Below, piece after piece: positions 27,552 to 37,336 of a DNA stretch of 49,262 nt; the stretch's first letter is position 1, and each line of letters begins with the position of its first letter. A model generated the notes under the pieces. That model did not search any database, was not told where the DNA came from, and worked only from the letters and a program-made list of their open reading frames with translations. Position numbers and translations under genes: made by a program. This stretch comes from Spirochaetales bacterium (lineage in GTDB: Bacteria > Spirochaetota > Spirochaetia > DTKZ01), in the NCBI GenBank assembly GCA_031274005.1, contig JAISQU010000157.1, positions 1 to 49,262 of the forward strand. Direction: 5' to 3'.

Positions 27552-27676
27552 CCCCTTTAGCGGTGAAGGTCAGGCTCCGTGCAATTGGCTGGCGCCCAAC
27601 CCCGTCAGATCCGGAAGGAAGCAGCGGTAAGTGTCCGGCTGATGTGCCACAGATCGCTTGGCTGGAGCTAAAGGGG
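27552..27676 (+). ncRNA. ffs: Signal recognition particle RNA (small, 4.5S type)
   Basis: Conserved domain IV sequence GTCAGATCCGGAAGGAAGCAGCGGTAAG. Terminal helix CCCCTTTAGC...GCTAAAGGGG, followed by ATTTTTT. It lies immediately upstream of dnaX, as in the Bacillus scr-dnaX-yaaK-recR arrangement. Confidence 0.85.
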
Positions 27677-27704
27677 ATTTTTTCAGGGAGGCAGTTGAAG
27701 CGCC

Positions 27705-29339
27705 GTGTCATACGAAGTAACCGCCGCGAAAAAAAGGCCGTCATCTTTCGAATCCCTTGCGGGTCAGGATTTTGTCGTAGCGACGCTGAAAAACTCTATA
27801 AAAAGCGGACGCATTGCCCACGCGTATCTTTTTTCCGGCCCCAGGGGAGTGGGTAAAACTTCCGCGGCCCGGATTCTCGCAAAATCTCTGAATTGCTTAA
27901 AAAACGAAGGGCCCGCCGAGGAGCCCTGCGGAACCTGTACAAACTGCGTTGGGATAAGCCGCGGGAATTCCCTTGATGTCATAGAAATTGACGGCGCCTC
28001 GAATACGTCGGTCAATGATGTGCGGCAAATAAAGGACGAGGTTCTCTTTGCGCCGGGCGGAAGCCGGTATAAAGTCTACATCATAGATGAAGTACATATG
28101 CTGTCCGTCAACGCTTTTAACGCTCTTTTGAAAACCATTGAGGAGCCGCCGCCGTATATCGTCTTTATTTTTGCCACAACGGAAATCCAGAAAGTGCCCG
28201 CGACAATACGCTCGCGCTGCCAGCAGTTTAACTTCCGGCGCATATCCCTCCAGACCATTCGCGATCTTCTGAAAAAACTGTGCGATGAAATGGCCCTTGC
28301 CGCGGACAGCGACGCCCTTCTGTGGATTGCCAAAGAAGCGACAGGTTCCCTGCGGGACGCCTATACCCTTTTTGATCAGGTGGTCTCGTTTTCCGGGGAT
28401 TCCATTACCATCGCGAAAATACGGGACAAGCTGGGTTTTGCCGGCCTGGACAGAATGAATGAACTGTGCGAACTTTTCGCCGAGGGGAAAATCAATGAAA
28501 GTTTTCTTTTTCTTGATGATCTTTTTGCATCGGGAGTTTCGCCGGAACAGTTTGTGACGGATATGAGCGAATACTTCCGTAATATTTTGTGGCTGAAAAA
28601 TGGTATCCGCAGGGAGGCCATTCTTGGTTACGCCGCCGATGGTTTTTCGCAGAAAGTCATTCAGGCTTTCCAGCCGTATCAGATTGAAAAAGCCCTGGCT
28701 TTACTGTTCGAGTTGTATCGTAATTTACGGTACTCGCTGAATCAGCGTTTTGAGATAGAGCTTGTGGCCGCCCGGCTGGCCGATCTGAAAAATTACATTA
28801 CGCCGCAGCAGGTTGCCGCGCGGGTTTTGGCCCTGCGCAAAGAATTGAAGACGGGTTTTACCGTGCAGACCGCGGATGAGGGGTCTTCCGCCGGAGCCGC
28901 GGATTGCGGGGAGGAGCCTTCTCCCGCGGCCCTCTGTCCGGCGCAGAGCGGGGGGGGAAGCGGAAAGCAGGAAGAATATGCTGCGGGTGAAGGCGATGTT
29001 CCGGCGGAAAAAATAACGGCGATAATTCAGAACATACGCAAGAAAAAACTTGCTTTGGGTTCCAATCTGGAGAAAGCCGCCCTGTGGCGTATTACCGGGG
29101 ATGAGCTGTCCGTATTTTTTGACGCAAAATTCGCGGCGGATTTTATCCGCGGAGACCTCCTCCCGGTTGAAGAACAGGTCAGGGCGGTTCTGGGACGGAA
29201 GCTGAAGATTATCGTCAGGGAGGTCAAGGATGATGAGAAGGCCGAAGAAAGCGCCGCAGACCAGGAGGCCGTGGATGAAGAAGAGGAACGGGTGGTGGAA
29301 TCAGCAAAAAAAGTTTTTCGCGGCGAGGTCATACAATGA
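27705..29339 (+). CDS. dnaX: DNA polymerase III subunit gamma/tau
   Basis: 544 aa, GTG start. Walker A GPRGVGKTS, zinc module CGTCTNC, Walker B IIDEVHML, sensor TIRSRCQ. Confidence 0.95.
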   Translation: MSYEVTAAKKRPSSFESLAGQDFVVATLKNSIKSGRIAHAYLFSGPRGVGKTSAARILAKSLNCLKNEGPAEEPCGTCTNCVGISRGNSLDVIEIDGASNTSVNDVRQIKDEVLFAPGGSRYKVYIIDEVHMLSVNAFNALLKTIEEPPPYIVFIFATTEIQKVPATIRSRCQQFNFRRISLQTIRDLLKKLCDEMALAADSDALLWIAKEATGSLRDAYTLFDQVVSFSGDSITIAKIRDKLGFAGLDRMNELCELFAEGKINESFLFLDDLFASGVSPEQFVTDMSEYFRNILWLKNGIRREAILGYAADGFSQKVIQAFQPYQIEKALALLFELYRNLRYSLNQRFEIELVAARLADLKNYITPQQVAARVLALRKELKTGFTVQTADEGSSAGAADCGEEPSPAALCPAQSGGGSGKQEEYAAGEGDVPAEKITAIIQNIRKKKLALGSNLEKAALWRITGDELSVFFDAKFAADFIRGDLLPVEEQVRAVLGRKLKIIVREVKDDEKAEESAADQEAVDEEEERVVESAKKVFRGEVIQ

Positions 29340-29659
29340 ATTTTAATCCTTATGAGTTATTGAAAAACTTCGGGAATATTCAGTCGAAAATGGCGGAAGT
29401 TCAGGGGAAGCTGGCCGATGTGAAGGTTACGGGGTCTTCCGGCGGGGATATGGTGAGGGTCGAAATAAACGGCCACTTTGAGATCCTTTCGGTAAGCATC
29501 TGCGCCGAGATTGTCAACCCCAATGAGCTGGAAATGCTTCAGGATTTGACCCGCGCCGCTATGACCGACGCCCTTCAGAAAATCAAAGAAGCGATTCGAA
29601 CGGAAATATCCGCTTTGACGGGCGGTTTGAACCTTCCTCCCGGGTTTATGGGAATGTGA
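29336..29659 (+). CDS. ybaB: Nucleoid-associated protein YbaB/EbfC
   Basis: 107 aa. Conserved position after dnaX (4-nt overlap) and the typical pattern (QSKMAEVQGKL...V.G.SGGDMVRVEINGHFEI). Confidence 0.9.
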   Translation: MNFNPYELLKNFGNIQSKMAEVQGKLADVKVTGSSGGDMVRVEINGHFEILSVSICAEIVNPNELEMLQDLTRAAMTDALQKIKEAIRTEISALTGGLNLPPGFMGM

Positions 29660-29663
29660 GCGT

Positions 29664-30260
29664 GTGAAATCCCTGGACATGCTTGTTTCCCGCCTGTCGA
29701 AACTTCCGGGAATCGGTAAAAAAAGCGCGCTGCGGATTGCCTATTATCTTCTGCGGGCGGACGCATCCTTTGCGGCGGCCCTGGCGGAAGCTGTCGCCGG
29801 AATACGGGACAAGGTGAAAACCTGTTCGGATTGCGGCAGTTATACGGAAGATGACCCCTGCCCTGTCTGCGCCGACCCTGGCCGGGACAGGCGGACGCTG
29901 TGTGTTGTGGAACAGCCTCAGGATATTGATCCGCTGGAATCAACGGGGGAATACCGGGGGATGTATCATGTGCTGGGAGGGGTCATATCTCCCCTGGACG
30001 GAGTAGGCCCCCGTGATCTGAGCATTGTCCGTCTTGTGGACAGGATAAAAACCCTGTGTGTGAAAGAAATCATTCTTGCGACAAATCCCACCGTGGAGGG
30101 CGACGCCACGGCCCTTTATCTGGTAAAACTTCTGGAAAACCGTGATATAAAAATTTCCCGTCTGGCCCTTGGTTTGCCTGTAGGCGGCGACCTTGAATAC
30201 GCCGACAGGCTGACTCTCGCCCGGTCGCTTCGGGGCAGAACGCCGATGACAGGCGGATAG
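29664..30260 (+). CDS. recR: Recombination protein RecR
   Basis: 198 aa, GTG start. HhH (LPGIGKKSALRIA), C4 zinc finger CSDCGSYTEDDPCPVC, Toprim (LCVVEQPQD, ILATNPTVEGDATA). Confidence 0.95.
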   Translation: MKSLDMLVSRLSKLPGIGKKSALRIAYYLLRADASFAAALAEAVAGIRDKVKTCSDCGSYTEDDPCPVCADPGRDRRTLCVVEQPQDIDPLESTGEYRGMYHVLGGVISPLDGVGPRDLSIVRLVDRIKTLCVKEIILATNPTVEGDATALYLVKLLENRDIKISRLALGLPVGGDLEYADRLTLARSLRGRTPMTGG

Positions 30261-30349
30261 CTTGAAAAAGTGATTTGCGCGCCCGCTTTTCCAATTTATT
30301 TGAGATAGAGTATTATTATTGAAGTAGGCAGGTTATTGAAGGAGGTTCC

Positions 30350-30763
30350 ATGGGAACAGTTTACGCCGAGATCACTTTAAAAAACGCCGGTGATATAGCC
30401 GGCGTTCAGCGCGGATATATTACGGAAAAGGAAGTCCGCGCCACAACGGTACAAGCCCTGGTGGATACCGGCTGCGGAACCCTGGTTATCACCGATGAGG
30501 TCCGCAAGGCCTTGGGGCTTGAGATAGTAGGGCTGCGCGGCAGCACTCTTGCCAATGGCGCGCGTCAAGTCTGCCAGGTGACGGAACCGGTACAAATCCA
30601 TTGGAAAAACCGCGATACGGCGTGCAGGGCAATCGTGCTGCCGGGCGCGGAAGAGGTGCTTTTGGGCGCTATCCCCCTTGAGGATATGGATCTGATCATA
30701 AATCCGGCCCGGAAGGAATTGACCGGCGCCCACGGCGATGAGGTAATCTGCTTAATTAAGTAA
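30350..30763 (+). CDS. Retropepsin-like (clan AA) aspartic protease
   Basis: 137 aa. The active-site motif VDTGCGTLVIT (D-T-G) and LLGAIPLEDMDL are typical of single-domain bacterial retropepsin-like proteins. Strong SD GAAGGAGG. Confidence 0.75.
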   Translation: MGTVYAEITLKNAGDIAGVQRGYITEKEVRATTVQALVDTGCGTLVITDEVRKALGLEIVGLRGSTLANGARQVCQVTEPVQIHWKNRDTACRAIVLPGAEEVLLGAIPLEDMDLIINPARKELTGAHGDEVICLIK

Positions 30764-30775
30764 GAAGGAGGCATT

Positions 30776-31780
30776 ATGCGCGCGCTGGTTACAATTCAAA
30801 GAGTAAAGGCAATAACGGCAATTCCCGATTCGGATTTTCTTGAGGCGGCCCAGATCATGGGCTGGCAATGCGTGGTCAAGAAGGGCGAGTTCAAAGAGGG
30901 GGACCTGGGGGTTTATTTCGAGGTGGACAGTTTTCTCCCCATCGATCCGCGCTACGAGTTTTTGCGCAATTCCTCGTACCGCGAAAACGCGGATAACGGG
31001 AAAGGTTTCCGCATCCGCACCGCGAAGATGCGCGGCCAGCTTTCGCAGGGCCTTTTTTTGCCCCTCCCCCTGTTTCCCGAACTTGAAGGCTTTGCCGAGG
31101 GCGAGGATGTAACCGAAAAACTCGGCGTCAAAAAATGGTATGTCCCCGAAACCGCCGCCGCCGGAGGAACCATCATCGGCGAACGGCCCAACGGAATCCC
31201 CGCCTCCGACGAAATACGCCTACAGTCGGCCCTTGAACTGCTGGACGAACTCCGGGGCAAACCTTACTACATCACCACAAAAATGGACGGCACATCCGCC
31301 ATAGTCTATTACATAGCCGGAAAAATCGGCTGCTGCAGCCGCAACAAAGAAATCAAAGACGAAGCGGACGCCCTGTACTGGACGCCGGTTTACGCCTACG
31401 GCCTCAAGGAAAAGCTCCCGCGCTACGGAAAAAACATAGTCTTTACCGGAGAACTCTGCGGCCCGGGAATACAAAAAAACAAACTGAGGCTCCCCGCCCT
31501 CGCCTGGTATGTCTTCGACGTAAAAGACTGGGACACGGGCACATACCTTCCCTACGACGAAGCCCTTGAGCTCTGCGTTTCCCTCGGCCTCAGCTTTGTC
31601 CCCCTTGAGGAGCGGGGCGGCAGCTTTGCCTACACCCTGGAAGAACTGCTGGAAAAGGCCCGGGGCAAGTACCCCAGCGGCCTCGACAAAGAAGGCATAG
31701 TCGTGCGCCACGCCCTGTCCCCCAAAGCCGTTTCGTTCAAGGTTTTGAACAACGACGCGCTGCTGAAAGAGAAAGATTAA
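30776..31780 (+). CDS. ATP-dependent RNA ligase, DraRnl (DRB0094/Rnl5)-like, with N-terminal OB domain
   Basis: 334 aa. N-terminal OB-like segment (IPDSDFLEAAQIMGWQCVVKKGEFKEGDLGVYFEVDSFLP), nucleotidyltransferase motif I TTKMDGTS (KxDG), motif III FTGELCG, motif IV EGIVVR, motif V SFKVLNN. Strong SD GAAGGAGG. Confidence 0.75.
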   Translation: MRALVTIQRVKAITAIPDSDFLEAAQIMGWQCVVKKGEFKEGDLGVYFEVDSFLPIDPRYEFLRNSSYRENADNGKGFRIRTAKMRGQLSQGLFLPLPLFPELEGFAEGEDVTEKLGVKKWYVPETAAAGGTIIGERPNGIPASDEIRLQSALELLDELRGKPYYITTKMDGTSAIVYYIAGKIGCCSRNKEIKDEADALYWTPVYAYGLKEKLPRYGKNIVFTGELCGPGIQKNKLRLPALAWYVFDVKDWDTGTYLPYDEALELCVSLGLSFVPLEERGGSFAYTLEELLEKARGKYPSGLDKEGIVVRHALSPKAVSFKVLNNDALLKEKD

Positions 31781-31810
31781 GAACTTACGCCATGTGAGCC
31801 GAAGATGGTT

Positions 31811-32803
31811 TTACGCGATATTTGCGCCTTTTTTTCTGATGACACAGTAAAGAAAAATTTCCAGAAGGCGGGAATGCATATCCGCGCCGCCGGAACGCAG
31901 ATATTCGTCAAAATCGGCGCAGAGGTTGATAATATCGTCGAGCTGCGCGGCGGAAAAATTTCTGGCCCCCTCGGTATGGGTGCGCTGACTGCGCTTGAAG
32001 ACAATTTTGAGGCTGGCAAAAGCGTCTGCGGCGGGAATATTCATGGACAGAAGCTGACTGTACGACCTGAGGCTCCTGAACTGCCGGAACAGCCCTCCCA
32101 AAAGCTGAACAGGCCCGGAACTCCCCTCAAGGAGCAGCTTGGCAAGTATCTCAAGGGACATTTCAAGGTCCAGGGCGCAGACCGTCGCGAACAGGGAATA
32201 CACTGTTTCCTGCCTGCTGTGATACAAATAGGTCTCAATGTCGGCGGTCGTGATTTCCGCGTTTTCACCCTTGAAAAGACACAGATTCACGCATTCCCGC
32301 TCAAATTCTGTCGTGGTATTTTCTACCAAATCCAGAAAAAGATCGGCCGCGCCGGAAGTTATCCGCGCCTTGTGACGCGCAAAACAATTTATAATCCAGC
32401 CTTTTTTCTCGTTGTCAAAAAGTTCGTAGAACTTTTGGGTTCCCTTTGCCCCCACGCAGTCCGCCAGTTTTTTATCTGTCTGAAAGGTATCCGAAACAAA
32501 AACAAGAACTCCGTCCGGCGAAGGCTTTTTGGCGTACGCGGCAAGAAGGGCAAGTTCATCTTTTTTGTGCAGATCCTCCGCGCCGTTATAAATGACAAGT
32601 TTGCGGGAAGCAAAAAGCGAAGCGTTGCGTAAAAGAGAAACGACATCCTGAATGGAGGTCTCAAAGGCGTAGAAATGGTATTCTTCGGGGGGAGATCCTC
32701 CCAGGGTAAGGGCCTCGCGTATATCGCCGATAAAAGCGTTTTTTTTGCCGGTTTCCGGCCCCAGAAGCAGATACAGGGGCTGCGGGGAGGCCGGTTTACT
32801 CAT
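31811..32803 (-). CDS. holA: DNA polymerase III subunit delta
   Basis: 330 aa. The N-terminus (PLYLLLGPETGKKNAF), size and helical C-terminal domain are typical of HolA. It overlaps lexA by 8 nt. Confidence 0.8.
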   Translation of the reverse strand: MSKPASPQPLYLLLGPETGKKNAFIGDIREALTLGGSPPEEYHFYAFETSIQDVVSLLRNASLFASRKLVIYNGAEDLHKKDELALLAAYAKKPSPDGVLVFVSDTFQTDKKLADCVGAKGTQKFYELFDNEKKGWIINCFARHKARITSGAADLFLDLVENTTTEFERECVNLCLFKGENAEITTADIETYLYHSRQETVYSLFATVCALDLEMSLEILAKLLLEGSSGPVQLLGGLFRQFRSLRSYSQLLSMNIPAADAFASLKIVFKRSQRTHTEGARNFSAAQLDDIINLCADFDEYLRSGGADMHSRLLEIFLYCVIRKKGANIA

Positions 32804-33410
32804 ACGAGCGCATCACATGCGCCAGCCGTCCGAGGATAAAGACATTATGCTTTTGTTCATAGCGGGTCTTGTAGCCGGGATTCTCGGCTTCAAGCCGTAC
32901 CCGGTTTTTTTCTTCGTAGAACCTCTTGAGCGTGGCGTTTTCATCATTCACAAGAGCGACAACTATGTCTCCGTTATGAACTTCGTTTTGCTTCGCGATA
33001 ATCGCCATATCCCCCTCAAGGATGCCGGCGTTTATCATGCTGTCCCCTTTTACCCGCAGGGCAAAGTAGTCCCCTTTTTTCAGATAGCGCTCAGAGACGC
33101 GCAGATACCCCTCAAGGTTTTCATCGGCAAAAACCGGATTACCCGCCGCGACCGTACCGACAATGGGAATTTTCCGCTGGCCCTCTTCCCGTATGCCTGA
33201 ACCGTCCAGAATTTCGATGGTCCGGGAGCGGTTTTTGTTAAAGCCCAAAAACCCTTTTTTTCCCATGGCCCGCACATGGTCATGCGCGCTTTTGGCGGAA
33301 AAATGGAAATATCCGGCAATTTCCCTGATGGTGGGGGGGAAATTGTGCTCGTAAATAAAGTTCCGGATAAACTCAAGAACTTCTTTCTGCCGTGCCGTTA
33401 ATCCTTTCAT
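32796..33410 (-). CDS. lexA: LexA repressor
   Basis: 204 aa. wHTH LTARQKEVLEFI...PPTIREIA, cleavage-site context VAAGNP (Ala-Gly), catalytic Ser in VKGDSMINAGI, and Lys in ATLKRF. Confidence 0.93.
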   Translation of the reverse strand: MKGLTARQKEVLEFIRNFIYEHNFPPTIREIAGYFHFSAKSAHDHVRAMGKKGFLGFNKNRSRTIEILDGSGIREEGQRKIPIVGTVAAGNPVFADENLEGYLRVSERYLKKGDYFALRVKGDSMINAGILEGDMAIIAKQNEVHNGDIVVALVNDENATLKRFYEEKNRVRLEAENPGYKTRYEQKHNVFILGRLAHVMRSYE

Positions 33411-34765
33411 TTTTCTGTTTTTATCCCATACCTTTTAATTTTTCCGTGCAGATTGCTCGGATACATTCCGACAGCCTCCGCGGTTTTAGTAATGTTGTAA
33501 TCAAAAGCCTTCAGTTTTATCTCGATGAAATTCCTTTCAAAGGCTTCCCTCGCGTCAGTCAGGGACATGGAGCCATACTCCCCAAGCCCGTCATCAGATC
33601 CGCCCGACTCACCCAGATAGTATTTTACCGTCTCGGCGGAAATTAATTGCTCATCTGTCATTATATTAATACGTTCGATAAAATTTTTCAACTCCCTGAT
33701 ATTCCCCGGCCAGGGATGGGCGCACAGAAGGGCCATGCCCTCGGCGCAGATGGTCCGCACGCAGGCCTCTCCCGGAGGCTTGAACTTTAGCATAAAGTAA
33801 TCAGTTAAAAGAGGAATGTCGGATATTCTTTCCGCGAGGGAAGGCGCCTGAATGGGAATAACGTTCAGGCGGAAAAAAAGATCCTCGCGGAATTTCCCCG
33901 CGTGAATCTGCTCCCGTATGTTTTTGTTTGTCGCGGCGATGATGCGCACATCCACCGTCAGGGAATCTTCCCCGCCGACGCGCTCAAACTTCAGGTCCTG
34001 AATGACGCGCAGCACTTTAGCCTGAGTCCCCAGGGACATGTCGGCAACCTCGTCCAGAAAGAGCGTCCCCCTGTGGGCAAGCTCGAACTTTCCCTTGCGG
34101 CGAGAGACGGCCCCGGTAAAAGCTCCCTTTTCGTGGCCGAGAAGTTCGCTTTCGATAAGGGATTCGGGGATGGCGGCGCAGTTCACCTCGATAAAAGGCC
34201 CGGCTGATCTGCGGCTTTGCCGGTGAATCTCGCGGGCGATAAGCTCCTTGCCCGTGCCGTTCGGTCCCGTAATAAGAACGCGGGAATCCGTGCGGGCGCT
34301 TTGTTCGATAAGGCCGCGCATTTTCGCCACAGCCTCGCTCACGCCGATAATTTCATCCTGCTGCAGCATGGAATTACGCAGGTACAGGTTTTCCCTGCGC
34401 AGTTTTTCCATTTCAAAGGCGTTGCGCACAATTGTTATGATTTTCTCAAGGCTCAGGGGTTTTTCCAGAAAATCGAAGGCGCCCAGCTTTACGGCCTTTA
34501 CCGCAAGGTCTATATTCGCGTGGCCGGAAATCATGATAACCGGAACCGCCGCGGACTTTTCCCGTATCTGTTTCAGAACGTCAATGCCTCCCATATTGGG
34601 AAGCCATACATCAAGTATGACAAGGCCGGGATCTTCTTTTTCCAGAATGGCAAGCCCCTCATAGCCGTCCGCTGCGGTAAAAACCGTATACTTTTCGTCC
34701 ATAAGGATATCACGCAGAACAGAGCGTATACCCGGCTCGTCATCGATTACCAGAACTGTATTCAT
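33407..34765 (-). CDS. Sigma-54-dependent response regulator (NtrX/NtrC-like enhancer-binding protein)
   Basis: 452 aa. REC ([13 protein letters not shown]), Walker [15 protein letters not shown], and a C-terminal Fis-type HTH. The stop overlaps the lexA start by 4 nt. Confidence 0.9.
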   Translation of the reverse strand: MNTVLVIDDEPGIRSVLRDILMDEKYTVFTAADGYEGLAILEKEDPGLVILDVWLPNMGGIDVLKQIREKSAAVPVIMISGHANIDLAVKAVKLGAFDFLEKPLSLEKIITIVRNAFEMEKLRRENLYLRNSMLQQDEIIGVSEAVAKMRGLIEQSARTDSRVLITGPNGTGKELIAREIHRQSRRSAGPFIEVNCAAIPESLIESELLGHEKGAFTGAVSRRKGKFELAHRGTLFLDEVADMSLGTQAKVLRVIQDLKFERVGGEDSLTVDVRIIAATNKNIREQIHAGKFREDLFFRLNVIPIQAPSLAERISDIPLLTDYFMLKFKPPGEACVRTICAEGMALLCAHPWPGNIRELKNFIERINIMTDEQLISAETVKYYLGESGGSDDGLGEYGSMSLTDAREAFERNFIEIKLKAFDYNITKTAEAVGMYPSNLHGKIKRYGIKTEK

Positions 34766-36536
34766 CCTGTCTCTCCGCCGGCAAATCTATAAAAAAGGTT
34801 GTTCCCACGCCGGGGTGGGACTCGAACCATATCTGGCCTTTGTGATCGAATACTATCCTTTCTACAACGCTCAGGCCCAGGCCGGTTCCAAAACTTTTGG
34901 TTGTATAATAGGGATTAAAAACCTGCGAAAAGTTTTCCGGCGCAATGCCTTCGCCCGTGTCCTCCACCTGTATTCTGCAATAACGGGTATTTCCCTTTTT
35001 GACAAGGTCCGCCCGGAAAATAATGTCGCCGCCCCGCGGCATCGCGTCTATGGAGTTGGTGATGAGGTTCGCGAAAACCTGCCTCATCTGCCCCGGATCC
35101 AGGGAAAGCCGGATATCGCCGGCGACTTCTTCGCAACGGATGGAAATGTTTTCGGCTTTATGGCTATAGGTAGCCGCGGCTTCAAGGATGAGGTCCTTCA
35201 GGATCACCGGCTGGGGCTGGGGCGCGGGCAGGCGGGAAAAGTTACGGAACTCCGTCAAAAGCGCGTCCAGTCCGTTCACCTCGCGGATAATTGAATCCAC
35301 CGCAGAATGAAGCACTTCCCCGAAATCTCCGGCGTTTTCGCTGTACCTTTTGAGTATTCTCTGGGCTGAGAGCTTTATCGGCGTCAGGGGGTTCTTGATT
35401 TCGTGGGCGAGCCTCTGCGCTATCTCCTGCCAGGCCGCGACTTTTTCTGTCTGCATGCTTTTCAGGCGGCTTTTCTCCAGTTCCATCACCATCTGGTTGA
35501 AGGAATCGGCAAGAAGAGACAGCTCGTCGCGTGAGCGCGACAGGATGCGGAAAGAAAAATCCCCCTCCGCCACTTTGCGGGTGGCTTCCTCCAGATTGAC
35601 GAGGGGCCGTACAATTTCGTCGCTTAAACGGAAACTCGCCAAAGCCGCCAGCAGCATAAGGGGAAAGGAAAAAAGTCCGAACAGGCCGGCTATAACGAAA
35701 AGAAAGGAGGGCCGGTACTGTTCAAACTGCCTGTAGGTTTCAAGGGTGGCCGTCAGGTCTTCGGCATAGCGGTCAAAGGTTTCCGGCAGAGTCACCGTCA
35801 GGATAACAAAAAAATCGCCCCGGCTGTTTTGGAAGTTTTTCCTGGCCCGCAAAACGCTTGTTCCCTGGTTCAGGACTTCGCGGGGCAGAAGCCCTTCCCC
35901 CGCCGGCAGGGCGTTTTCAGCATCGATAAAACTCCGGCCGTCTCCGGCGCTGCGGATTTCACCGCCCTCCGCCGAAAAAACCTGAAAAGCGCTCAGGCCG
36001 GGAATCGCGGACTTCAGTTTTTCCCATATTTCCGCTTCCTGCTGGTCTGAATCACCCAGCAGGGCCGAAAAATAATCGTTTGACGGCAGCTTGTCCAGGA
36101 ACTCCGCTTTTTCGTTGTAATAGTATATTGCCAGGGAAAGGCCGCCTTGCAGGGCCGCGTCAATACGGGAATTAAAAACCGAACCAAGGGCCGAGTTAAT
36201 AAAGTTAACGGACAAAAAGGCCTGGGGAAGGGCTGAAACTACAATAATAACCAGAAAAAAAATAACCAGCCGCAGCTTGAAACGCCCCCCCGGTTTCTTC
36301 GAGGACCCCGCGCGCAAAAGATGGAAAGCCTGGAACCCTAGGACAAACAAAAGCAGAAAGCTGAACAGAACCGTCAGCCCGGCGATAACCGACAGGGCGA
36401 TATTCCTGTTCAGGGAAAAATCCTGCAAAACCTGGCTGGAGAAAAACAGGACAAACGCTACAAGAAGAATATAAAAAAAGAAAAGCCCCGCGAGGACGGC
36501 AAAGGAACCCTGTGTTCTTTTCCACCGCATGTTCAT
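34740..36536 (-). CDS. Sensor histidine kinase, NtrY-like (multi-TM, HAMP, PAS-like, HisKA, HATPase)
   Basis: H-box LAHEIKNPLTPI, HAMP (RPLVNLEEATRKVAEGDF), and G boxes GTGLGL. The chosen start MNMRWKRTQ at 36536 makes an ATGA overlap with the upstream gene. The ORF is open to 36920, but that extension would overlap the upstream CDS. Confidence 0.85.
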   Translation of the reverse strand: MNMRWKRTQGSFAVLAGLFFFYILLVAFVLFFSSQVLQDFSLNRNIALSVIAGLTVLFSFLLLFVLGFQAFHLLRAGSSKKPGGRFKLRLVIFFLVIIVVSALPQAFLSVNFINSALGSVFNSRIDAALQGGLSLAIYYYNEKAEFLDKLPSNDYFSALLGDSDQQEAEIWEKLKSAIPGLSAFQVFSAEGGEIRSAGDGRSFIDAENALPAGEGLLPREVLNQGTSVLRARKNFQNSRGDFFVILTVTLPETFDRYAEDLTATLETYRQFEQYRPSFLFVIAGLFGLFSFPLMLLAALASFRLSDEIVRPLVNLEEATRKVAEGDFSFRILSRSRDELSLLADSFNQMVMELEKSRLKSMQTEKVAAWQEIAQRLAHEIKNPLTPIKLSAQRILKRYSENAGDFGEVLHSAVDSIIREVNGLDALLTEFRNFSRLPAPQPQPVILKDLILEAAATYSHKAENISIRCEEVAGDIRLSLDPGQMRQVFANLITNSIDAMPRGGDIIFRADLVKKGNTRYCRIQVEDTGEGIAPENFSQVFNPYYTTKSFGTGLGLSVVERIVFDHKGQIWFESHPGVGTTFFIDLPAERQDEYSSGNR

Positions 36537-37060
36537 GGAACACCGAACCTGCGCCAGGCGCTTTGCGGCTGGCTGTCCGCGTAAAACACCTGCAAAATAT
36601 TCAGGGGAGGCCGGAATACCATCTGCTGAAAACTCACCCGTGCAAGCATGTAGAGTTTTTCTTCGCCGGAAAAAACCAGAAGAGGGAATTTTAGTTCGAG
36701 AAAATTCCTGAAAAAGGCTTCCCAGTCCGCATAAAAAACACGGCGTCCGTTGGCGTGGCGGATTTCCCAGGAAGAGCTGAAGACATCCCAGCGGCCCTCC
36801 TGCACAAGATCCATCTCCAGGAGCATCCTGTCGCCCAAAAGCGGCGGCCGCCCCGTGTCCTGATAGATTTGCAGGGTATACTGTATCCGCGCCCGGAAAC
36901 CCTGCAGGATGTGTGACCACAACTGCGCGTCATTTATGCCGGATATGCGGACAGTTACCTGCGAGTTCTCTATATCCTGAACAAAATCCAGGAGAGGTTC
37001 TCCCGCGCGCAGAGCGCCGCCGGCGCATAACAACAGAAGAAACAGAATGCGCCGCCTCAA
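36533..37060 (-). CDS. Secreted hypothetical protein (possibly a DUF4390-like accessory protein of NtrY-type kinases)
   Basis: 175 aa. Signal peptide MRRRILFLLLLCAGGALRAG. It is translationally coupled to the kinase gene. The family assignment is from memory of synteny only. Confidence 0.6.
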   Translation of the reverse strand: MRRRILFLLLLCAGGALRAGEPLLDFVQDIENSQVTVRISGINDAQLWSHILQGFRARIQYTLQIYQDTGRPPLLGDRMLLEMDLVQEGRWDVFSSSWEIRHANGRRVFYADWEAFFRNFLELKFPLLVFSGEEKLYMLARVSFQQMVFRPPLNILQVFYADSQPQSAWRRFGVP

Positions 37061-37063
37061 GAA

Positions 37064-37336
37064 TTAGTCCTCCTCAAACCGCCGTTCAAAAAGATCGGAG
37101 AGAGCCTGAACCGCTTCCGCCTCGTCGGGCCCTTCCGCCCGGATAAGCAGGCTCGTATTGTAGCCGGCGGCAAGAGTAATGATACCCATAATTGATTTCG
37201 CGTTTATGGTCTCATTTTCCGCTTCTTTAATCATGCTGATTTTTGAAGCAAACTTGGTGGCTACCTTTACAATAAGACTCGCCGGCCGGGCATGAATTCC
37301 CGCCCTGTTTTTTGTTGTAACACGTTTTTCTGTCAT
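37064..37336 (-). CDS. ptsH: Phosphocarrier protein HPr
   Basis: 90 aa. His-15 site GIHARPAS and Ser-46 site INAKSIMGI. Confidence 0.93.
   Translation of the reverse strand: MTEKRVTTKNRAGIHARPASLIVKVATKFASKISMIKEAENETINAKSIMGIITLAAGYNTSLLIRAEGPDEAEAVQALSDLFERRFEED

Noticed and set aside
27705-29339. Programmed frameshift or transcriptional slippage site in dnaX (A-runs at ~27727-27733, ~29041-29046 and ~29306-29312)
   Set aside because: The A-runs lie at the extreme N- or C-terminus or lack the A-AAA-AAG heptamer plus downstream hairpin context. They would not yield a gamma-sized product, so there is no support for recoding.
36537-36920. 128-codon N-terminal extension of the NtrY-like kinase ORF
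   Set aside because: The extension overlaps most of the upstream secreted-protein gene in another frame. The internal ATG at 36536 gives an ATGA stop/start overlap and a protein that begins just before its first TM segment.
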